DNA from: Lama guanicoe
Taxonomy: Eukaryota
Assembly (NCBI GenBank): GCA_013239625.1
Contig: MU054575.1
Location: 557,687 to 621,686 of the forward strand
Direction: 5' to 3'
DNA length: 64,000 nucleotides
Within the stretch, counting starts at the first letter, position 1. Every line of letters begins with the position of its first letter. A program made the translations under genes and the position numbers. The notes beneath the pieces are model-generated. The model ran no database searches, was not told the origin of the DNA, and worked only from the letters and a program-made list of their open reading frames with translations. This document shows positions 63,775 to 64,000 of the stretch, one piece after another.

Positions 63775-64000
63775 TGTTTCTTTGGAAATAATTCTTAATT
63801 ACAGAAAAGCTGAGAGAATAAGGACGAGATACAAAACACTCATACGCCCTCCGCTAAGATCCCGGCCACTGGTTGCCGGCACCGTGCCCGGTTCATTTGA
63901 CCCTTTGCACCCCTTCCGTGTGTGTGTTCACGCGACGCTTTTTTCTGAACCATGTGTGGGTCCGCGGCATGCGCTGCAGCCCTTTGCCCCAGACGCTGTG
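63775..64000 (-). mobile_element. L1MC4/5-like 3' end (runs off window)
   Basis: tttggaaataattcttaattacagaaaagctg...cactcatacgccc...tttttctgaaccat. Confidence 0.5.

Overview
Mammalian genomic DNA, GC-rich, with one 90-N gap. The window holds the middle of KCNQ1 (Kv7.1 potassium channel) on the + strand: nine coding exons equivalent to human exons 2-10 (1010 bp, about residues 129-465; S1-S6, pore, helix A, start of the A-B linker). All introns are GT-AG. Exon lengths match my recollection of human (91/127/79/97/141/111/96/123), except exon 10, which is one codon longer (145 vs 142). The rest is intron: old L1, MLT1, L2, MIR, Charlie1-like and MER44/Tigger7-like fossils. I saw no recognisable young SINE, no RNA gene, no second protein-coding gene and no new multi-gene system; the many long ORFs are GC-content artefacts or L1 debris. 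The most unusual signal is sharply bounded AT-to-GC, CpG-creating patches inside ancient repeats, suggesting GC-biased gene conversion. Two changes in the conserved channel core (M210T, E290A in human numbering) go in the same direction. Other leads: a divergent CTCF-motif pair after exon 2, cardiac and GATA motif clusters in intron 2, recursive or cryptic splice-site candidates, and a collapsed minisatellite. Repeat families and human comparisons come from memory of consensus sequences; repeat boundaries are approximate.
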